A stretch of DNA of 43,761 bases from an uncultured Pseudomonadota bacterium (GTDB lineage: Bacteria; BMS3Abin14). This document shows positions 38,747-43,761 of this stretch, piece by piece. A model generated the notes under the pieces. That model searched no databases. It worked only from the letters and a program-made list of their open reading frames with translations, and had not been told where the DNA came from. The translations under genes and the position numbers were made by a program. The stretch covers positions 24,000 through 67,760 of the forward strand of contig CAYVSA010000003.1 in the NCBI GenBank assembly GCA_964454175.1, in the 5' to 3' direction. Each line of letters begins with the position of its first letter. Position 1 is the stretch's first letter.

Positions 38747-39754
38747 ATGACACTATCACTGAGTGAAAACGAAATTTTCGAATCGGTCTTTCTTCTAAAA
38801 GAGATATCAGAATCCAGGACCAGGACCGGCAAACCCTACCTCGCCATGGTGCTTGGTAATTCCGGGGCAGACTTTACGGCCAGAATGTGGGACATGGAGA
38901 TGAGATCCCTGCCCTCGCTTAACCAGGGCGATGCAGTCCGGGCAAAGGGAACTGCAGTACTTTACCAGGAGCAGATCCAGCTAAAGGTAGATTCGATCTC
39001 GCGTGAGACCTCTGATGTGGATATGCGCCTTCTCTATCCTTCTTCAAGGTATACCGAGGATCAGTTGAGGTCAGAATTTAATGACCTGGTCAAGGGCCTC
39101 AGGGATGAGAAGGTGCTGTCGTTATTTAACGAGATGAAAAAAGACAACAATTTTTTCGGCAGGTTCTTTACTGCTCCAGCTGCCATGGCCATGCACCATG
39201 CCAGGATCGGTGGGCTTGTCGAACACACCCTGGGAGTTGCCAGGCTGGCCTTGTCCGTAGCTGATCAGTATCCCTGGCTCAGACGCGATCTTGTCCTGGC
39301 GGGAAGTCTCCTCCACGATGTGGGGAAGGTTCATGAATATGAAATCAGCGGTTCGTTTGAGATAACTGCGTCGGGGCGGATGCTGGGGCACATTACGATC
39401 GGGGTTATGATGCTCGATGAGTGGCTCAACCGGGCGGGAGTCATCGGAGAGGGAGATTTCCTGGACCTCAAGCACATTCTGCTGAGCCACCATGGTAAGC
39501 TGGAACACGGTTCACCCAGGGAACCGGCCATCCCGGAGGCCCTTGTCGTCCACTTTGCGGACGATCTGGATGCCAAGCTGGATATGTTAAGGGACGCTTC
39601 TCTTGGAGCTTCCGGTGAGGGCCGGGACACAGCAGGGGCTTATGTAAGGGGTCTCAGAAGGTTTTTTTTCTTCGGGCCTGACCTGGAGGCGGCTGCTCGC
39701 GAGCCGGAACCATCAGAAGATGGGGATAGCGATGATCAGGGATCATTGTTCTAG
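38747..39754 (+). CDS. YhaM/Cbf-family 3'-5' exonuclease (OB + HD)
   Basis: OB 'GKPYL..ARMW', 'PAA..MHHA..GGLVEHT', 'LLHDVGK', 'ILLSHHG', 'HFADDLDA'. Confidence 0.92.
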   Translation: MTLSLSENEIFESVFLLKEISESRTRTGKPYLAMVLGNSGADFTARMWDMEMRSLPSLNQGDAVRAKGTAVLYQEQIQLKVDSISRETSDVDMRLLYPSSRYTEDQLRSEFNDLVKGLRDEKVLSLFNEMKKDNNFFGRFFTAPAAMAMHHARIGGLVEHTLGVARLALSVADQYPWLRRDLVLAGSLLHDVGKVHEYEISGSFEITASGRMLGHITIGVMMLDEWLNRAGVIGEGDFLDLKHILLSHHGKLEHGSPREPAIPEALVVHFADDLDAKLDMLRDASLGASGEGRDTAGAYVRGLRRFFFFGPDLEAAAREPEPSEDGDSDDQGSLF

Positions 39755-39757
39755 ACG

Positions 39758-40468
39758 ATGAAGGGTCGTGTTTTCACTATAGTTCCGGCCGCCGGGTCAG
39801 CGCTGAGAATGGGATTGGGATACAGTAAGGCATACCTTGATGTACTGAACGTTCCCCTTCTGGCACGAACCCTTAAGGCACTACTTGACAGTACTTTGGT
39901 CGACAGTATTATTACCGCAGTTCGTCCGACAGAGACCGACCTGTGCAGGAGGGAGATACTGGAAAAATATGATCTGGGAGACAGGGTAGAAGTCATCGGA
40001 GGTGGCGAGCACAGACAGCAGACTGTGGCGGCTCTCCTTGACAGGATGATCCCGGGGAAGGATCTGATCCTCGTACACGACGGCGCCAGGCCATTTGTTT
40101 CGCCTCTGCTGATAAAGGAGGTTCTGGAAGCCGCCGTGATGTGGGGCGGCGCTGTGCCGGCTGTTTCTGCTACGGATACCGTAAAGATCTCCGAGGATCT
40201 TGGACAGACTGTGACATCAACCCTTGACCGAAAAAAGATCTTCATGGCTCAGACGCCCCAGGCTTTTCAGAAGGAGGTTCTGATCGCTGCCCACAAAAAA
40301 GCAAAAAAGACGGGTTTTATGGGTACTGACGATGCCTCCCTGGTGGAATGGGCAGGTTACCCGGTCAGGATCGTGCCCGGCGATCGAGGGAACATCAAGG
40401 TTACAACCCTCGATGACCTGGAAATGTGCAGGTGGATTATTAGTAGTAAAGATTCATCTCCCAATTAG
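39758..40468 (+). CDS. ispD: MEP cytidylyltransferase
   Basis: 'VPAAGSALRMG', 'GGEHRQ', 'VHDGARP', 'QTPQAF', 'TDDASL', 'NIKVTT'. Confidence 0.97.
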   Translation: MKGRVFTIVPAAGSALRMGLGYSKAYLDVLNVPLLARTLKALLDSTLVDSIITAVRPTETDLCRREILEKYDLGDRVEVIGGGEHRQQTVAALLDRMIPGKDLILVHDGARPFVSPLLIKEVLEAAVMWGGAVPAVSATDTVKISEDLGQTVTSTLDRKKIFMAQTPQAFQKEVLIAAHKKAKKTGFMGTDDASLVEWAGYPVRIVPGDRGNIKVTTLDDLEMCRWIISSKDSSPN

Positions 40469-40494
40469 CATGAATATTCTGTAAGAGGTGAAAA

Positions 40495-40980
40495 TTGACC
40501 GCACCAGTGTTCAGAATTGGGACAGGTTACGACGCGCACCGTCTTGTGGAGGCCAGGCCTCTGGTTCTTGGCGGGGTCAGGATAGAGTACGACCGCGGGC
40601 TTGAGGGTCATTCGGATGCCGATGTTGTGGCCCATGCACTAACAGATGCGCTGCTTGGTGCAGCCGCCCTTGGTGATATCGGAACCCTTTTCCCGGACAC
40701 TGATGATGCTTTCAGAGATGCTGACAGTATTGGTCTTCTGAAAATTGTCATAAAGCGGATTGCCGATCTGGGCTGGGAAGTTTCCAACGTCGATGTAACT
40801 GTTCTGGCGGAAAAACCCGTAATAGCTCCCTTTATTGATGAAATGGTGCTCAACGTCGAAAACACAGGTATCGGGAAGGGCAGGGTTAACATCAAGGCTA
40901 CCCGTGGCGAGGGGATGGGGTTTATCGGGAGGCAGGAGGGGATTGCAGCCCTGGCTGTGGCCTTGCTTGTAAGGGCGTAA
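40495..40980 (+). CDS. ispF: MEcPP synthase
   Basis: 'RIGTGYDAH', 'GHSDADV', 'DIGTLFPD', 'NIKAT'. Confidence 0.97.
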   Translation: MTAPVFRIGTGYDAHRLVEARPLVLGGVRIEYDRGLEGHSDADVVAHALTDALLGAAALGDIGTLFPDTDDAFRDADSIGLLKIVIKRIADLGWEVSNVDVTVLAEKPVIAPFIDEMVLNVENTGIGKGRVNIKATRGEGMGFIGRQEGIAALAVALLVRA

Positions 40981-41200
40981 GGGGGTAAGGGAGTGAGGGG
41001 GTGTCGAGGTATCGAAGTGAATTTGGAATGGGTATCAGGGGTCAAGGTATCAGGCATCAGCATGGATAGTAATATGCAGGCAACTGAAAACTGGCACCTG
41101 ATTCCTGGCTCCTGTCAACATAACAAGAAACTAGAAACCAGAAACTTGGAACTTTGACTTTAACCTGGGTCCCGGGACGTGGGACGTGGGACCTGGGACT
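40969..41200. repeat. Composite 8-mer and 7-mer arrays filling the ispF-cysS gap
   Basis: GTAAGGGN x3 then GTGAGGGG GTGTCGAG GTATCGAA; GGTATCA-type; NNCTGNN x5; AACNAGA x3 then AACTTGG; ACNTGGG-type x5. Confidence 0.9.
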
Positions 41201-41228
41201 CCGGCCATAGGCCAGCACAGGAGAGAGA

Positions 41229-42686
41229 ATGTCACTGCGAGTCTACAACACTCTGAGCGGGAAAAAAGAGGAGTTCATACCAATTGATCCCCCGAAGGTG
41301 GGCATTTACGCCTGCGGCGTAACGGTCTACGATTATTGCCATATCGGGCACGCCAGGTCAGCTATTGCTTTTGATGTGATTAGAAGGTACCTGGAATTTT
41401 CGGGCTACGAGGTAACCTACGTCAGGAACTATACGGATGTTGATGACAAGATAATAAACAAGAGCCTCGAGGAGAAAAAGGACTGGAGGGAAATTGCTGA
41501 AACTTACATCAGTGCCCACGATGAAGACATGGAAGCCCTCGGTATCCTCCAGCCTCACAGTGAGCCGCGCGCTACGGACTATATACAGCATATAATAGCG
41601 GTGGTCAGTAAGCTGGAAGAAAAGGGATTTGCCTATAATGTGGAAGGTGACGTTTACTATGAGGTCAGCAAACTGAAGCAGTACGGCAAGCTGTCGGGCC
41701 GAAAGCCGGACGAACTTCGCGCTGGAGCGCGGATTGAGGTGGACGGCAGGAAAAAGGACCCTCTCGATTTCGCCTTGTGGAAGAAATCCAAGACTGGAGA
41801 GCCTGTGTGGGACAGTCCATGGGGTGGCGGCAGGCCGGGGTGGCATATAGAATGCTCGGCCATGGCCATGGCGATACTCGGTGAGACCTTCGATATCCAC
41901 GGCGGGGGGAAAGACCTTATTTTCCCGCACCACGAGAATGAAATAGCACAATCGGAGGCGGCCAACGAAAAGCCCTTTGCCAGGTACTGGCTTCACAACG
42001 GCTTCGTAAATATAGACAACGAGAAGATGTCCAAGTCCCTTGGGAATTTCTTTACAATAAGGGAAGTGCTCGGAAAATACCCTTCCGAGGTGATCCGTCT
42101 TTTTTTGCTCTCGACCCATTACCGGAGCCCACTGGATTTTTCCGATAGCCATCTTGATGAGGCCAGGGTGAGATACGAACGCTTCATGCACTTCTTTATC
42201 AGGATCTCCAGATTAACGGCGGCGGAAAGGGACCTGAGTGGTTATGAAGATGATGCCGAAGCCTACCTTAATGATGTAGCGCTTCCGGCTTTCACTGGGG
42301 CAATGGACGATGATTTCAACACGGCGGCAGCTTTAGGCCATCTCTTTTCAACTATCGCCATTCTCAACGGGGCTATGGACAGGGCGGAAGCATCAGACGG
42401 GCTTGTCAGCGCCGGGCTGATCGATGAAGTTGACAAATTTTTCATTAGCACCGGCTCGGTACTGGGACTTTTCGAGGGTGGGATAAAGGAAGGTAACCGA
42501 TACTTCGGAATTGAAGAAGCCGCTGGGGATGTCGATGATGAGGCCCACGCCCTCCTCACCGAGAGGGAAAAGGCCAGGCAGGAAAAAGACTGGGTCAGGG
42601 CTGATGAGCTCAGGGACCGTATTGCCGACCTGGGATACTCTATTCAGGATACACCCGGCGGCGCGACGCTGATACCGATCAAATGA
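41229..42686 (+). CDS. cysS: Cysteine--tRNA ligase
   Basis: 'CGVTVYDYCHIGHAR', 'GRPGWHIECSAM', 'KMSKS'. Confidence 0.99.
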   Translation: MSLRVYNTLSGKKEEFIPIDPPKVGIYACGVTVYDYCHIGHARSAIAFDVIRRYLEFSGYEVTYVRNYTDVDDKIINKSLEEKKDWREIAETYISAHDEDMEALGILQPHSEPRATDYIQHIIAVVSKLEEKGFAYNVEGDVYYEVSKLKQYGKLSGRKPDELRAGARIEVDGRKKDPLDFALWKKSKTGEPVWDSPWGGGRPGWHIECSAMAMAILGETFDIHGGGKDLIFPHHENEIAQSEAANEKPFARYWLHNGFVNIDNEKMSKSLGNFFTIREVLGKYPSEVIRLFLLSTHYRSPLDFSDSHLDEARVRYERFMHFFIRISRLTAAERDLSGYEDDAEAYLNDVALPAFTGAMDDDFNTAAALGHLFSTIAILNGAMDRAEASDGLVSAGLIDEVDKFFISTGSVLGLFEGGIKEGNRYFGIEEAAGDVDDEAHALLTEREKARQEKDWVRADELRDRIADLGYSIQDTPGGATLIPIK

Positions 42687-42705
42687 CCATGGAACAGGTG
42701 TCTGC

Positions 42706-42789
42706 AGCCGGAAACTAGAAACAAGAAACCAGTAACTCGTACTTGTAAGGTGAGGGAAAATGGGTGAGATGCGAGGCCAAAGAGAGGAG
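42706..42789. repeat. Heptamer arrays after cysS
   Basis: AACTAGA AACAAGA AACCAGT AACTCGT; then AGGTGAG .. GGGTGAG ATGCGAG .. AGAGGAG. Confidence 0.8.
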
Positions 42790-42805
42790 AAAACCGGAGG
42801 TCTAT

Positions 42806-42871
42806 ATGACCATACATCGAGGATTTCCGACGACTGAGAACAAAGTAGATGGGCACTTCACGGGAATCTGA
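42806..42871 (+). pseudogene. 21-codon ORF; possible vestige of a four-helix-bundle (IVP-like) gene
   Basis: GGAGG-N5-ATG; MTIHRGF; removing one base gives MTIHRGFRRLR. Confidence 0.3.
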
Positions 42872-42900
42872 ACAGGCTCTGCGGCCAACCCGGGAGAGAT

Positions 42901-43641
42901 ATGGATGAAACACAGATACTAACCGGAATCCAACCAGTAACGGAAGCTCTAAAGCACCGACGCAGACCCCTGTACCGTCTCCTGCTCTCCAGGAAAACCG
43001 GGACCCGCGAGATAACAGGCGTGGCGAAAGATGCCAGCGTTGAAGTGGTTTTCAAGGATACAGAGGAGCTGTCCCGGTTGGCCGGCACCAGCAAACATCA
43101 GGGTGCCCTTCTGGAATGTGGGCCCCTTCCTGAATTCGATCTGGATGAACTGCTTCGCTTTGAGCCTTCATCGGGAAACGACCTTCTCCTCCTGGTATCC
43201 GGAGTAGAAGATCCCAGGAATATCGGGGCGATCGCCCGCTGTTGTTCATTCCTTGGTGTGAGGGCAATGCTGGTGCCCGGCAAGGGTGCTGCACCCGTCA
43301 GCCCCGCCGCTTCGCGAACTTCAGCCGGGGCCCTGGAAAGCCTGCCTGTATGCCGGGTATCATCGGCAGTCTCGGCGTGTCGTCGGATGGTTTCCGCGGG
43401 TTTTGAAGTAACGGGAGTGGAATTGGGGGGGGAGCCCCTCGAATCGTGGAAGGTGATATCAATTAAAAACCTGCTGGTAATGGGTGGAGAGGATAAAGGT
43501 GTGACGGGGCGATTGAAGGCTGAATGCACACGGCTGGTAACTATTCCCGGCAGCGGAGCAGTCAAGTCGCTGAACGTTTCTGTTGCGGCAGGGATCGTAC
43601 TATACCATGTGAGTGTAAATCAGCTGAAAGTCGAGAGATGA
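42901..43641 (+). CDS. rlmB: 23S rRNA G2251 2'-O-methyltransferase (TrmH family)
   Basis: 'HQG', 'EDPRNIGAIAR', 'MGGEDKGV', 'SLNVSVAAG'; follows cysS. Confidence 0.93.
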   Translation: MDETQILTGIQPVTEALKHRRRPLYRLLLSRKTGTREITGVAKDASVEVVFKDTEELSRLAGTSKHQGALLECGPLPEFDLDELLRFEPSSGNDLLLLVSGVEDPRNIGAIARCCSFLGVRAMLVPGKGAAPVSPAASRTSAGALESLPVCRVSSAVSACRRMVSAGFEVTGVELGGEPLESWKVISIKNLLVMGGEDKGVTGRLKAECTRLVTIPGSGAVKSLNVSVAAGIVLYHVSVNQLKVER

Positions 43642-43720
43642 ACGTTGAAGTCTTAATGCGCAACCAGTTTCTAATACTCTGATTTCTGATGTTCTAATTT
43701 TCATTGCTCCAATATCTAGT
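43622..43720. repeat. Heptamer arrays overlapping and following the rlmB stop
   Basis: AGCTGAA AGTCGAG AGATGAA CGTTGAA; TTCTAAT, CTCTGAT TTCTGAT, TTCTAAT, CTCCAAT ATCTAGT. Confidence 0.7.
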
Positions 43721-43761
43721 GCTGATAGTGTCGTAAAAAGTCCATGATTGGCTTTTTACTC

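Noticed and set aside
40969-41200. Repeat arrays as a CRISPR array
   Set aside because: Units are 7-9 nt, contiguous, without unique spacers; no cas genes.
40981-41228. T-box leader for cysS
   Set aside because: No T-box motif or terminator; the space is filled by arrays.
41358-42191. 277-aa minus-strand ORF
   Set aside because: Antisense shadow of cysS.

Overview
A mostly core-genome segment from a bacterium whose gene order looks like the former Deltaproteobacteria (Desulfobacterota/Myxococcota grade; inferred from synteny). In order: the 3' end of a large Ig-like extracellular protein; a stand-alone sigma54-driven PilX-like minor pilin; HTH-pilMNOPQ; aroC, an apparent aroK remnant and aroB; TPR, MglC-like roadblock, aroQ, efp, accB, accC, SgmX-like TPR and ExeA-like ATPase; tRNA-Gly(CCC); argS, SPOR, zapB-like, zapA, 6S RNA, 5-FTHF cyclo-ligase, rny, ymdB, xseA; groESL (the only minus-strand operon, with CIRCE); DUF502, a PAP2 pseudo-enzyme, Rrf2, larE, TPR lipoprotein, M28 peptidase, membrane GAF protein, YhaM-like nuclease; ispD, ispF, cysS, rlmB. 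I see no integrase, transposase, prophage or CRISPR. The most unusual signal is non-coding. Eight intergenic junctions hold degenerate 7-nt (also 8- and 9-nt) tandem arrays. Some form long inverted pairs, some bracket groESL and cysS as direct copies, two begin inside gene 3' ends, and one precedes a possible frameshifted vestige of a four-helix-bundle (IVP/Avd-like) gene. All coordinates and alignments were read by eye; no searches were run.
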